DNA from: the human T2T-CHM13v2.0 reference genome, Homo sapiens
NCBI RefSeq assembly: GCF_009914755.1
Contig: NC_060925.1
Length of the DNA: 64,000 nt
Reading direction: 5' to 3' (one strand)
Shown: positions 25,231 to 39,980 of the stretch, piece by piece
How positions within the stretch are numbered: the first letter of the stretch is position 1
Layout: each line of letters opens with the position of its first letter
The notes under the pieces: generated by a model
What the model saw: only the letters and a program-made list of their open reading frames with translations
Told to the model about the DNA's origin: nothing
Databases searched by the model: none
Position numbers and translations under genes: made by a program

Positions 25231-26584
25231 TTTTAGACAGAAGAGTAGCTGGAAAAAGAATGCCTAACTGATTTACTAAAGAGTCTATTCATGGAATCCA
25301 AGGGCTCCAAATTGTGCTAATTCTGCTCAGGATGAAACAAATCCCCACGCTGAAGTGGAGAAATATTTTCATAATTGAAGGAACATATCCCATTGATTGT
25401 CTACACTTTCTTCTCTCTGTTTGTTGCTATTGGTAAGGCTAGGCTATGTTCTGTTATCACAAAATTCTAGGACTTGTTTAAAGAACTTAAAGGTCAGTTT
25501 CTTAGTTTCTCTTTGTGATTGAGGATGAGCAAGCCATTGATACACCAAGAGCTGCTGAGTGTTGGAGGTTGCCTGGTGAAACTGGCAGGCCCTGTTGTTG
25601 ACATTTCCCCAGAGCTAAAATGTCCTCATACTCAAACCAACTGTGCTGCCCAAGTTAGTGAAATTATCCATCAGCACTAACACCACCCTTTGGGTTCATG
25701 CTCATCCCTGCACTCCATGTGACCTTTGAGCCCAGATACCCTTCTAGAAGGTGAATGAAAGCCCCACATGTCCCGCAAGACTTAGTCTGCATAAAAGATT
25801 TAAAAGGATTTTTTTTTCTCTACAGTCCATTTATATGATACTGTTAGAAGTGAAGAATTTTGAAACTACATACACTGGCCTCTGAAAATGGTTCTTGTGG
25901 CTCAGAAATAGTATATTGTTCTGTTGCTTGTTTTTGCTGAACTGTAGAGAAAACACCAGAGTAAAATTCCATGTAAATTGCTAAGGCATCGAATCAGAAC
26001 TGTCCTTGGGCATTGTAACAGTGCAGAAAATCTCATTTAGTTTTTTTCTTTTTTTTTTTCAGTTAACTACTTGTTTGTTTCTTTTCAGAATAGGCACTTT
26101 TTTTTGAGTAGAAAACCTCTTCTTTCTCCACAGATACATCTCTTTTTGTTCACGCCTTGAAGACTTCAGAAAAATAGAAGCTCACTTCCTTCCATAAAGG
26201 TGAAGAACATCTTGATGAATAAACAGTCAACTACCAAGTTCACATATTTGCCTATGAAGTGAGAGCTATTTCTAAGAAACTTCAAAAAGATCAAAACGAG
26301 GCAATTTTATAGCTTTTTGTTACCTAATCTACAAAGTACTAATTTCCTTGTGTTTAGCTTTGTTGTCACTGTTACTGAGTAAATACCCATTTCTGTTACA
26401 TATGGTACATTTTTTGCTTCACTTATTTTCCTGAGTTCCCATGATTTTTTTTCTGTAGTTTCTCATTCATTTTAAAACCCATAATCTTCATCTATTTTTA
26501 GAAGAAAGTGTAAATGCACAGTTGTACGTTTGTTGAGAGTTTTTATGGCATTATAGTGCTTTATTTATAAGCATTGTGTCTTAG

Positions 26585-26590
26585 AATAAA
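26585..26590 (+). terminator. Distal poly(A) signal
   Basis: AATAAA with upstream TGTA elements (~26510, ~26523), downstream tttcagtttgtttt, and a second AATAAA at 26661. Confidence 0.6.
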
Positions 26591-27099
26591 GCTTACAAAA
26601 TGGCAAAGAGCTATTGGCATATTTCAGTTTGTTTTACAACAGGACAAGTAAGGATATGTTAATAAAGCCAGAGGGAAAAGGCGGTATGGGATTTTTAATA
26701 TACTTGATATCCAAGTCGGAAACATATCCAGAATACTACTATAAACAATAACAAGAGAAAATGTTGGTCTGCCTCTGGAATTTGTTTTGTCCATATTAAC
26801 TATCTGATGCTGACATATATTTCTTTTTTTGCTGTGTCAGACATATTAACAAAGTTGGGTTAGCACATAAGCTGCATAGAACAAAGAAGTCTTCCTTCTT
26901 TCCTCCCTTCCTTCCTTATTCCTTACTTTCCTCTCTCCTCTTATTTTCTTTCTGCAAAACTCAACACTCTTGCAGTTGAATGTCAAATTTGGATAATTTT
27001 TCTTTTAACAAATCAGCTTATAGTTATCTATCCAACTCTATAAGAGATCCATATTTGGAAATGATCTCAAAATGAGAGTCATCTTTGGAAATAATAACT

Positions 27100-27298
27100 T
27101 CTACTTATATGCCAGGCTTATTAAAGGGCTGTGTATCTCATTCAGTTCCCCCAATACTTTATGAGGTACATAATGTTACTATCACCATCTCATATATAAG
27201 GAAATTGAAGCACTAGAGAGATTAAATAGCTTACCCATGGTCACACAGCTTTTGACGAAATGAGATTGAAACCAAGGCAGTTTGGCCCAGAGTCCATA
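27100..27298 (-). mobile_element. MIR
   Basis: taaggaaattgaagcactagagagattaaatagcttacccatggtcacacagc. Confidence 0.7.
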
Positions 27299-27299
27299 C

Positions 27300-27690
27300 C
27301 TATCTGGGGAAGGCTAATAAATGTAACCAATAACCCCCCAAATTTCAGTAGCTTAAGAGAATAAGATTTGTTTCTCCCTCAAACATAAATTCTACATAGA
27401 TGCTCCTCTCCAACCAGCTTGTTTCCAAGGGTGACTCAGATACAAAGACACCTTCCATCATGTGGCTTTGCCCTCCTTGAGGTCCTTTGAGTCCTCTCTA
27501 TTCGGCCTGCTAAAAGGGAAAGAGCAAAAAGGATCTTGTGCTGGAAGGTTTTATGGGCAAGCCTGGAAGTGATGTATATCACTCCACCCACATTCTATTG
27601 GCCAGCCTCACTCGCGTGCCTTGGTATGGGCAATGCTGTCTAAATGTGTAGGAAAAGAATTTGATGAACATGTAGCTCTTTCTGCCCTGA
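27300..27690 (-). mobile_element. Old MLT1 LTR
   Basis: ccccaaatttcagtagcttaa...gcctggaagtgatgtatatcactccacccacattctattggccag. Confidence 0.6.
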
Positions 27691-29549
27691 TATTCTTAGT
27701 CATGATGACATAATAGCTGAAAAAGAAAACACTGAGTTTTGTGCAACTCTATGGGTGAGTTGTTTGTTTTGATAATCCTTGTTCAAGCACTAGAAACTTT
27801 CAGAAAAAAATTTTTGTGTATGGATATCAGTACCCACATCAGAACCAGAATAAACTAAGGAACAATATATTGCTCTAGGTCATATTATACCAAGAGAGAA
27901 TATGGTTTCTTTTGCCCAAGGAAGCAAGAGAGAAACTGGCACACAAGAAACACTTCTAAGTGACTGAACTCTACCCACAATAGAAGTAACGTGACTTTTA
28001 ATGTCTTAATGATCTGTGGTTAAAGTAGGATAGATGTGCCCTCACCTCTGATCAACCGCTTGTTTTTGTGCCTATTTCCCTTTCAAGATGTCACAGAGAT
28101 TAGCCTTTTTTTTCAGCTCTCCTTTGGTATTCAGGTCTATGCAGTACTGTGATATTTTTACTGCATAAAATATAATTGCTATTTCTTGAATCTTAAATTT
28201 AGGAATTTCTCTCATCCATCTTTTTTATTTAACATTGGCATATGAACTTAATAAAAGTACTAATATGCCTTAAAAAGACTAGACACACCACAACATCACA
28301 GGGCATATTTCTATAAAGAGAGGACCTTATATGCATTCTCTCCCTCACTCTTCTTTACTTCCCGAGACTTTCTACTCTTTGACTTCATTTTCTTTAAGCT
28401 ATCTAGGAATCCTTTTCCCTTAACACTAATAGAATTTTGCATCCTAGAAGTTTTTTTTTCACCTAATACGAAACTATTTGCTATCTTGGAGAAAGTACTT
28501 CGCATGTTAGCATATAAATTTTCTTAGTTTGTCCATTGAGAAAGATTAGCTGGGACTCTAAAAGCAATATAATTAGAGAAGAGAATCTGCCAATGTTTAC
28601 CTTCTTTCAGAATAATGTGAAATTTCTTTTAAGGACAAGAAACTTTAGTGTCTAGTTGGTAAATGACATAGGTTTGAATCTCTTTCTAAGAGTTGTAATT
28701 GATGATAAGAATATTCTGTGGTTCTTTACAGGGATAAATTGTTTAGTTTAATCAGAGTGGTGGCTCTCACTATCCATAAGTCCATGGGCAAAAGTGTTGA
28801 CTAATACGATCATACAGTGTACACCAGCCACCTTACACCATGCATTGTTGAGAGTTCTTGCTCTATATTTGATAACACTTTTCAAATATGCCATTTTCCG
28901 TGATTATAAAATTGCTTAAATATCTATATAATCTTTCAAAATAATTTTCCTACAAATGTCTAAATTTCTCTAGAAGTACAACATATACAATCAGATTTAC
29001 TTGGAATGGTCTTCCTTAGTCAGTCGTGTTTTCCTGCAAATTAAAATGGTTTGGACAACACATCTTTTGGTGATGCTGGTTATGATGAGTTTCCTTCCTA
29101 GTAAAAAAAATAAAAATAAAAAAGGGGGTGGGGGGAAATACTCCACAATCTTTGATGGATAAAACGGCATTCATGTTGGATGAGGACAACAATATCAGGC
29201 AAATGTATCAGTGAAATACGCAGAACTGTGCCTGGCCGTTCAATAAGGAACAACAGAAAAAAATTCAAACTTTCAACAGCACAACATATGGACTCAATAA
29301 AACGAAATGAAATTTGATAGGAACTAATGTAAAGCCAAACAAAAAGGCTTTTAGCTTCAGAAAATACAGGAGCATGACTTAATAACAGTAGTCACGGAAA
29401 ATATTTGGAGGTTATAGGACACTGTAATAGAAGATATAGCAATGAAAAGGTCACTATGACCCTGATACATACACAAAGAGTCTAAGAACAAAACAGCAAG
29501 GTTCAGGACTGATCAGAAAACTTCTGGAAGTGTTTTTAAACCTTGTTTT

Positions 29550-29873
<324 letters not shown>

Positions 29874-32800
29874 TGATTGGACAGATAATATATTTTCATT
29901 GTCAGAAACATTGAAGATGGAAAGGTATGATACCTATTATTGCACTTCCCAGGGTTCATTCGGTGTTTTTCTATAGATATTATTGATAAAAATACATATA
30001 TAATGTTGTTTTATAGCCTGCTGTGTCTTCTTAATAAGGAATTACAAGCATTTTCTCAAAGTCATTAAATTATCCTAATATTCAGTAGCTACATTGTGCC
30101 CTAAGCTATTTAACGATTTCTCCCAGTCACTTTTCTTATATGCTAAACAGTTTTGTTAATGAATTTTTGAACATTTCTCTGATTATTTTTTTCTTTTATT
30201 GCATCAGCATACAGTAGTGCCTGCTTCCCTGAACCCTTGCCAAAAATGATGGGGTTCTTCAACCTTGCCGACTTCATGTATGAAAAACAAGGTTATCTTC
30301 TTTTAGTTAGCATTTAATTGATTACTATGGAAATTTAAAATTTTGCATATTTATAGGAAACTAACATCTCTTCTTACACGAATAAGCTCTTCCTATACTT
30401 TGCCCATTTTTCTATTGCAGCAGAAGTCACCACAATATAAAGAAACAGACAATTGAGAATTCTTTCAAAAAAGAGGAAACAGGTTGAGAGCAACCAGGAT
30501 CATGTGGAAACTAGAAATTATATCACACCAGGAGTTGGAAACACTTAGCCAGATTAATAGAATGTTTTAGAGAGAACAAAATTCAAATACTTAAAAGGCA
30601 TTAATGCAGGTGCAAAATTAGTTTTAAACTCTATGATTCTATTCGACATAATAGAGCCAATGAATAAGATTTCAGATTTTATCTCAGGAGAGCATTTAGA
30701 AGAGTCTAAAATTAGAGTGTGGATTTTTAGGATGAATGAAATTGTGTTATTTGCAGATAGATCACCCCACTTTTCACTAATTCATGTGTTTATGTATCTA
30801 GTTGAACTCAGTGACCAATTAGGTCCCTTTCAAAGTACACGTTCTATGAAATAGGATGCAACTTTTATGCACAAAGGCCAGGTTTCACACTGAAGCTCTG
30901 AAAAAAAATACACTAAAATGTTTACCCTTGTCTTGGCAGCAACATATTCAGAAGCCATCTCTTAAAAAGGTTATTTCTGATGATGGCAGATTTCACCTAG
31001 TTCATATTCAGAACTGGTTCCCAAGTTCTGGAAGTGCATTCAATTAACAGTAGGTATATACACACACACACACATACACTCCTTCTCTCCTTGACAACCT
31101 CCCCGCACCAGCCCCCAGCTCTACTACTGCCAATCATGATTTCATTCTCATAATACCTCACAAAAAGGTGTAAGTTCCTTTGCTTCTCAGTGCGAAAAAT
31201 TCATTCACATTTTATACATCCATATTTTTATATACTTTCTATGTGATATGTATTTGAAATGTAATGACTCAAGAAAATTACATTTAGTATTATAGCATTT
31301 CTCATGTTGGTAATTTATGATAATGGTTGTCACTGTAGATTTAGGAGTCATTTATATTGTCCACCTTTTCCTATTTCTGCTAGATTAAATAAATTCTTCA
31401 TATCGAGTTTTGTTGCATTTTTCAGTTTTCTTGTCTGTACCATTCCCTTTCAGTATATTTATAACCCTTTTATCTGGTCTTTGTAGTTTCAAAATGATGC
31501 CTTGGATATTTTAAGTTTAGAGCAATCAATGTCTTTTTCAAATTGCCCTCTTAAGATTTTTGTAAAATAATATTCTCCATAATACAACTTTAAATTACCT
31601 ACCTTTTCCTTTACTAGACTTAATCCAAGAAGGCTAATTGAACATTAAGCATTTTAATCATCCCACACTGTCAAACCTGTCTTCTCATTACTGAGAATTG
31701 GATAGTTCATGAGCTTAATTGTGTTCCTGGCAACGTAACTAGAATGAAAGGTTGATAATATGATTTGTATATATCTAAGGAATTAGTCCTGGTCTTTATT
31801 GATAGCTAGGCAAAAATATCATCTCAACAAATATACATTAAATATAATCAAATTAATGGTACTTCATTAAAGCTTTGGAAAATACAGAGATGAGTAGAAT
31901 GCAGTATTCATACTTATGCAGTTTACTGAAGAATTTTTTTAAAAAAACAAAACTTCCAAATAACCACAAGATGACTCAGAACAAGGTAATGGCCACAAAA
32001 GTGATGCAAACAGACAATGTTACATGTAATACAGAAGCAGAAGTATAAGGACACAATGATTCAGATATTAAAATTGTCATTGCATTATATGCACAAGTAG
32101 TGTTCAAATGTACCTATAGGGTGACTTAGACTCTCAGGATGGCACAGTACATGCTGGATTTCAGGAAGTTCATTTTGAACTGCTATTAGCAATGCCTTAT
32201 AGAAATGGTTAATACAGAAGACAGTGCCAAGACATAAAGATGCTTTTATCTAACACAACATGAGGATCCCATGACAGCAGTGTCTTGTAGAAGAGCAATA
32301 TTTGTTTGAAAATATAGGGCTTATTTTTGACAAATGAAATGAGAACTTTCATAGCATAGTAAAATGCTGAGAATTCTCCTATCTTGTCTGGAATCTGCTA
32401 GGGGGCTACAGGGTTCAGACAAGGCTCTAGTACTATTTTTAAATGTATTCATTGAACAAATAGAACCTTTCAAAGACATTTTAAAGTGAGCTGTGAATTC
32501 AAATAGCATATGATGTGAAACCAATGTAGGTGTAAATATGGATCCATTTTATCCCTTTTATCCATGTAAATCAATTAGTCTTGTATTATTATTCTTGATA
32601 TGCATTCACTCTCAGCTTTAGGAGTTACCATGAATGTGAATTATGCTGATTATGCTTTTTCTTATGACAGTTTCATGTATACTTATCTAGAGTGCTTGAA
32701 TGAAAATTTTCTAATGTAATGATAGCTATATGCATCTAATTGGAGACTTCAGCAGGGCCAAGAAACAGACTGTGAAAGCAAAAATCATAATATGCACCTG

Positions 32801-33189
32801 TCTCAACTTTTACCTGTTGTCCAAAGAAAATGTAACATAGGAACCACACTCTTTTATTTTATTACATAGATTGCATGTTCTAAATAATCTAGTCATGTCT
32901 TCCTGGAAGTTATCTATTAAGTCCCAGAAAAAAAAATTATTGTCTTACATAGTAGGTGATTTACTCTAGGTAGGCAAAAAAAGAGTAAAGGAAAGAAAAG
33001 ATGGCTAGTTGCAAGATCATAAAGCAGTACCCTTCCATGTCTCTTTTCAATTTCTGCTGAAGTCTACTATTCTTTCCTAATGAGTCTCCTTCTTTATATA
33101 TTAGCTGAATTTCTCACCTAGGTGATCTCATGAGCTCTGGTCACTTCTGTAACCTACAGTCCAGAAATAGATCCATATTTGATTGATTT

Positions 33190-33740
33190 TTACTTTAACT
33201 GACTTTTTATAGCAATAACAAAATAATTCAATGAGAAAAAAATAGTCTTTTGACATGTGTTGCTGAAAAAACTGGAATCTGTATGAAAAGAAAAATGAAA
33301 AATTAATATGAAATGGATAATTTACCTAAACAGAAAAGATGAACCTATAAGAAAACAAAGGATAAAATCTTCATGATTTGGGTTAGGCAAAGATTTCCTA
33401 GAACACAAAAAGCAAAAATCATGAAAGAAAAATATTAACAAATGAGAGTTTATCAAATTTTTAAAATCCTTTTTGAAAGAGACTATTAAGAAAATGATAA
33501 GGCCCAGCCACAGACTGGAAAAAATTTGCAATACACATAGGAGATGAAGGGTTCATATCAGATAGATAGATGATACATAGATAGATAGATAATAGATAGA
33601 TAAACAGATAGATAGATATTAAAACTCAACAATTAGAAGACAAACACCTCAATTAAAAGTGCACAAAAAATTTGAACAGGCACTTCACAAGACAAGATGC
33701 ACAAACAGCTAATAAGCACATGAAAAGATACTCAACACCA
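33190..33740 (+). mobile_element. Old L1M ORF2 3' fragment
   Basis: gggttaggcaaagatttcctaga; ttgaacaggcacttcacaa...aagcacatgaaaagatactcaac. Confidence 0.75.
33560..33618. repeat. Imperfect (GATA)n microsatellite within the L1
   Basis: Direct observation. Confidence 0.9.
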
Positions 33741-33789
33741 GAGTGAACAGGAAGTACAAATTAGAACTGAACATTCTTCTAGGTATAAG

Positions 33790-35040
33790 GGATTCACTGC
33801 CAAAAAATTCCAACATAGTTCCTGCTTTTGTGGAGTTTACAGTGTAATGAGAGATACAATTAAATAGGCATTTCTAAACAATTGAATAAGTGCTGGGATG
33901 GGAGAAATACAAGTGTTTGGGGGATACTGTCTGATGGAGAAAGTCTTAACATAGACAAGAGGTTGAGTAGTCAGGCAACCCAACATCATTGGGTAGGCAC
34001 ACAACTCGAGATTGCTAAAATAGGCTTCCTTGGCAAAGTTAATTTAAACTGAGATCAGCATAATGAGTGGAAATGAATAGAGCAAAAGGGATGTGAAAAA
34101 GGCCAAGCATGGACTATGAATGGAATAATACAGGGAGTTATAATAAAGAAAGAAGGCATGACAAGTTCCAGAATTTGAAAGAAGTTTAGTATGACTGGTT
34201 GGAGGATGATATAGTTTGGATGGCCCCTCCAGATCTCATGATGAAATATGTTGGTGTTGGAGGTGGGGACTGGTGGGAGAAGTTTGGGACCTGGGGGAAG
34301 ATCCCTCATGGCCTGGTGCTGCCCTCACAATAGAGACTGAGTCCTCATGAGATCCGGCTGTTTAATTGTGTGGCACCTTCCCCTCTCCCGCCATCTCTCT
34401 CTCTTGCTCTTACTCTGGCCATGTGACATGTGTGCTCCTGCTTCACCTTCCACCAGGAGTAAAAGCTCCCTGAGGCCTCCACTGAAGCTGAGCAGATGCT
34501 GTCACCATGCTTCCTGTACAGCCTGCAGAACTGTGAGCCAATTAAACCTCTTTTCTTCATAAATTACCCAGTCTCAGGTAATTTTATGGCAATGCAAAAA
34601 TGGGCTAACACAGAGGAAAACCACCGAGGTGAGAGGTGGAAGGTGGGGTGGTTAGAGATAAATAAGCAATTTAAAATCAAGATCAGATCACCCAAGTCTT
34701 ACAGGCTGTAATAGGGGGTTTTAACTTTATTATAAGAGCAGTGCAGCAGAAGTATGGAAAGGTTTTAAACAAAGGAGTATTATATTTGATAGGCTGCTTC
34801 GAAGGATCGTAGAAAAGGGAAAGAAACTAAGGACAATTCATACGTTTTTGGCTTGAATTGCTGGGCAGACATTGCTACTACTATCTGATAGAGAAAACAT
34901 AGTAGAAGAAACAGTTGGAGATGAGTTAATTTTTAGACATGGTCAACTTGAGACACTTATAGGACATTGATTTACTTATAAAGCTCAAAAGATAGGTTTA
35001 TCTTAAACATTTAAACTTGGGAGTCATCTACATAATGGAG
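33790..35040 (-). mobile_element. L2 fragment interrupted by an MST LTR
   Basis: catagttcctgcttttgtggagtttacagt; ggaaaggttttaaac; ttttggcttgaattgctggg; ttgggagtcatc. Confidence 0.55.
34207..34612 (+). mobile_element. MSTB-like solo LTR
   Basis: tgatatagtttgg...ggctaacaca; perfect TSD gagga; ATTAAA at 34541. Confidence 0.92.
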
Positions 35041-35114
35041 AATAGGATATGAGAAGTGGTATGATAGAAATATGTACAGAAATGCCATAAAACCACAAAA
35101 GAAAAAGTAGCCAT

Positions 35115-35635
35115 CTTTATTAGTTATCTATTGCTGTGTAATAAACTATCACAAATTTAGCAGCTTAAAATTATGTAATCATTATACCACAGTTTCTACA
35201 AGTCATGGAATACAGACATGGTTTATATGGGTTCTCTTCTTTGGGGTCTCTCACAAAGTTGCAAAGTGTCAACCTGGACTGACATTTCATCTGAAAGCTC
35301 CACCATGGAAGGAATCACTTTCGAGCACATGTGCTTTCAGCCATATTCAGTTCCTTGGTGGCTGTTAGCTGGAGGCTGTGATTAGTTCTTTGCTATGTGG
35401 GCCTCTCTGTTGGGACGGCTCACAATATGGCATCTGGCTTTATCAAAGTCACCAAAGGAGAGGATACTCTAGCAAGATAAAAATTACAACCTCTCGTAAT
35501 CTAATCATGGACATGATATCCCTTCAATATTGATTTATTTTATGAGTCAGAGCCAAGTTCTTCAAGGAGAGAGAATTACACGAGGCCAGAAGTCAAGATA
35601 GTTGGAGAGGGGGGATATCTTATAAGCTACCTCCC
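35115..35635 (-). mobile_element. MLT1 LTR
   Basis: tattagttatctattgctgtgtaataaactatcacaaatttagcagcttaaaa start. Confidence 0.75.
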
Positions 35636-38136
35636 TCTCTTAGTCTGTTTTCTTTTTTTTTATTATTATTATACTTTAAGTTTTAGGGTACATGTGCACA
35701 ATGTGCAGGTTTGTTACATATGTATACATGTGCCATGTTGGTGTGCTGCACCCATTAACTTGTCATTTAGCATTAGGTATCTCTCCTAATGCAATTCCTC
35801 CCCCCTCTTAGTCTGTTTTCTCTTGCTATAACAGAATACACAAGATTGGATAGTTTATAAAGAATAGAAGTTTATTTCGCTCATAGTTTTGGAGGCTGGG
35901 AAATCCAAGAGCATGACCTAGGCCTCTGGTCAGAGTCATCCCATGGCAGAAGGCAGAAGCAGGAAGTGGGCATGCTAGAGAGAAAGCAAGAGGAGCTGGC
36001 TCCCTTTTAAAACAACCCTTTCTCTCTGTGACTAACCTACTCCCTTAGAGATGACATTAATCTTCATGAAGGCTCTGCTCTCATGACCCAGTTACCACCT
36101 ATTAGGCCTCACCTCCCAGCATTGTTGCATTGGGGATTAAGTTTCCAACACGTGAATTTGTGAGACACATAAAAATAGAATACTTCCCGGCACCCAAAAT
36201 TTATGTCCTTTGCATAATGCAAAATACATTCATTCTCCAGTAGCCCTCAAATCTTAACTCATTCGGTTTCAACTCAAAAGTCTAAAGACTCGTTCAAATC
36301 AGATATGGGTGAAACTAAAAGCATGATTCACCTTGAAGCAAAGGCTCTCCAGCTGTGAGCGTATAGAATCAAAACAAGTTATCTACTTCCAAAATACAAT
36401 AGTGAGACAGACACAGGACACACATTTCCATTCCAAAAGGGAGAAATGGGCTGAAAAAGAGGGATACTTGGTTCCCAAGTAAGTCTGAAACACAACAGGG
36501 AAAACTACGTTAAATCTTAAAGCTGAAGAATAATCTCTTTCAATTCCATGTCTCACATCCTGGACACATTGGGGAGTTGGGGATTGGGCACCCAAAACCT
36601 CAGACAGCCTCGCCCTAAGGCTTCACTGGGCTCAGTCCACTCAGTAGCTCTCATCAGTTAGAGTTGCATGGTGGTGGCCCTACAGTTCTGTGGTTTTGGC
36701 AGTGGTGCTGACCCTACAGAACCTCTGGGCATTGCCCTAGTTGGGGACTCCTTGTGTCTGCTTTGCCCCTGTAGCATGTCTCTGCCTAGGTCCCCAGGTT
36801 ATCTGCAACATTATTTGCAATCCAGATGGAAGAAGCTATGCCTACAGAATTAGTATCCTATGAACACTGCCAAGGTTTACAGCTTGTATCTTCTTGAGCA
36901 GCAGGTTGAGCCACACCTAAGCCTGCTTGAGATGCAGCTAGAACAGCCAAAGAATGCTTCATCAGAATGTGGAGAGCAAAGTCTTGAGGTATCCCTGGCC
37001 AGCAAGCTCTTGAAGGTCTTCCTGGACCCATTTCCCAAAAGCACTCTGCCCTTTTAGAGATCTGAGCCTATAATAGGAGGGCAGCCTGGAAGATCTTAGA
37101 AATGCCTTCAGGATCTTTCTCCCCTTGTCTTTACAAATAGCACCTGACTTCCTTCTATCCATATTAATCTCTTTAACAAAAGGTCACTTGGTCATACAAA
37201 AGTTTTCCAAAGTTTTCTATTCTGCTTCTTTTTTAATTAAAAATTTTACCTTTATTTTTTTCTCTTGCATGTCACTGTATGTGGTCAAAAGTAACAATGC
37301 AGCAGCCAGAGTGCTTGACTGATCAGGTATCTTTTCCACTAGATAGTCTAGCTCATCATATTCCAGCTCTTAAGTTCTGTATTTCATAAAGTCCTAAGAC
37401 ACAGACACAATTCAGCCAAGTTCCTTGCTACTTTATAACAAGATGGCCTTTTATCTAGTTTCCAACACCTTGTTCCTCATTTCTGTCTGAGACTTCATCA
37501 GAAAGAGCTTTACTGTCAATAATAGTCTACCAACATTCTGGTCATAACCACTTAAATCATCTATAAGTAGATTCAGGCTCTCTCTAGTTCTATTGTCTTC
37601 TGAGCCCTCACCAGAATTGCCTTTAACACTTTATTCACTGCAGTATGGGTGTTTTTCTAGCTTGTTCCTCCAAATTCTTTCAGCCTCTACCCATTATCCA
37701 GTTCCAAAGCCACTTAACATTCTCAGGTATTTGTTAGAGTAACAACCCACTTCTAGATACCAAATGTTTTGTTTTAGTCTGTTTTCTGTTCTATAACAGA
37801 ATAACTGAGACAGGATAGTTTATAAAGAACAGACATTTATTTGGCTCATGGTTTTGGAGGCTGGGAAGTCCAAGAGCATCTAGCAAGGGTCATCCATGGT
37901 GGAAGGGCTGAAGGTGGAAGTGAGCATGCAAAAGAGAAAGCACGGGCAGATCTCTTTTTATAACAACCCACTCGTTTTATAACTAGCCCACTACTTCAGT
38001 AACAATGTTAATCCACTCATGAGGACTCCACCCTCCTGACACAATCACCTCTTGTTAGTCTCCACCTTCCAATAATGTTACATTGTAAATCAAACTTCCA
38101 AACCATGAATTTAGGGGACACATTCAAGCTGTAGCA
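35636..38136 (-). mobile_element. Two-LTR MST-type (MSTC/MSTD-like) MaLR provirus: LTR ~35636-36181, internal ~36182-37769, LTR ~37770-38136
   Basis: Two homologous direct repeats (ttagtctgttttct...ctataacagaata...ggatagtttataaagaa...ttttggaggctgggaa.tccaagagcat) flank ~1.6 kb of MaLR-internal sequence. Confidence 0.85.
35654..35804 (-). mobile_element. Heavily 5'-truncated primate L1PA 3' end
   Basis: ttattatactttaagttttagggtacatgtgcac... antisense L1PA tail; perfect 17-bp TSD ctcttagtctgttttct. Confidence 0.93.
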
Positions 38137-38492
38137 CCATCTCTACCTAGAAGACGTAAAAAAACCTTCTCAATAAGACACTTAAATCTGAGAAAACATA
38201 TGTGAATTCTATATACTCAGTAAAAAGGAGATAGAATACTGATGACTTCACTTTCCATCTTGATGTTTATTAGCAAATCCATATTTACCTTATGTCAAGA
38301 TTGATCAAGTACCAAAATAACTAAAATATACAAAGTTGTAATAAATCAAGTAGATAGTCCGAACAGAATGAACCCAGTTAGAAATAACCTTAGGTAGTTG
38401 ACTTTGCAAGGAAAACCGAAATCATTAGGGGGAAAAGGGGACTTTGAAAAGTTACCTGTTTAAAAGCACGCAAATAACCTGTAAAAATAATA

Positions 38493-38717
38493 CAGGTTAA
38501 GTATCCCTAATATGAAAATCTGAAATCTGAAATGCTCCAAAATCAGAAACTTTTTGAAAGTTGACATGATGCTTAAAGAACATGCTCATTGGAGCATTTT
38601 GATTTCAGATATTCATATTAGGAGTGCTCCACCAGTAAGTAAAATGCAAATATTCAAAAATCTAAACTTTTAAACATTTTTGATCCCAAACATTTTGGAT
38701 AGGGGATATTCAAATTG
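38493..38717. mobile_element. Tigger4a/MER46-like DNA transposon
   Basis: TA then caggttaagtatccct, with a degenerate inverted terminus ggggatattcaaattg. Confidence 0.75.
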
Positions 38718-39714
38718 ATTACACTTTTACAGTGGAGATCACGGTGGTGAAAGGAAGTAAAGAAGAATGACGAAGTATGAATAAAAGTGTATTAATTCAA
38801 TCTTTATTGACAGTTAAAGAATTAAAATCTGTTGCTAAACATGAGTTGTTTGTAATTTGGCTTCCCAAACAGGAACAAACACATTGTGAATTGAGAATCC
38901 CAGACACATTGGCACTGGATAGGTGCTGAGATGATGGAAAGACAGAAGTAATGAGAAATGCTTCAAGTTTTAAAAATTGATACGATGTCAGTAATACTGT
39001 TTCCAGAAATGCATAAGTCACAGGCTGGAAAAAAAAGAAGAAAAAGCTGAAATGACATTTTAAACTTAGGTTGAAGCATGTACACCAATGTGTATAGAGA
39101 GGAAATTATAAGATCTCAAAAAAGACAAAATATCTTTTTGATATTTGATATTCTGAATCAATAATATTTATTAGGCACCAAACATTCATTTACGCATTTA
39201 GCAATTTACTAAATGACAGTTGAAAGTTTAAGCAAAAAATAGTTTGGGACTTTTTTTCAACATAGGAAATCATATTTCAAATTAGTACTAAAGTCCGGTG
39301 CTAGGTTATCTATATCACAGCTGGAATGTGGCTAAGGGATAGAGAAAAAAAAATAAAATAGCTTCAGATCTCCACCACCTATAGCTAAAATAAAGTTGAG
39401 ATTTCCTTTCTGGCTTTAATGATAGAAAGTATTCCTGACTTATGGATACAAAGTGACAATTTAGAAGTCTTGACAGAAAGAAGAAAGTTAACTTTAGAAT
39501 ACATTATAAGTAACAATTTCAGAAACTTCTCTCGTGACCTCTATCAAATGAAAAACTTGATGGAAAGTATAGGTATGAAACTGAATAAAAAATAAGAGAC
39601 CTGACCAAAAGAAAAGATAGGAAAATAACCTTAAGTGAATTATTTCTCATTGCACGTATTAATGTTGGGTAGCTGTTAGTTTACTTTCTCCATCCAACAT
39701 ACATTCTTTTCTTT

Positions 39715-39980
<266 letters not shown>

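Larger units (their letters stand above)
20815..26610 (+). other. ST6GALNAC3: Probable 3' UTR (short form to ~22.9-23.0 kb, long form to ~26.6 kb)
   Basis: Follows the stop codon, is AU-rich and almost free of transposons; repeat density rises after ~27.1 kb. The end point is inferred from poly(A) signals. Confidence 0.65.

Noticed and set aside
29200-29520. Possible L3/CR1 remnant
   Set aside because: Similarity is too faint to support by eye; needs a Dfam HMM search.
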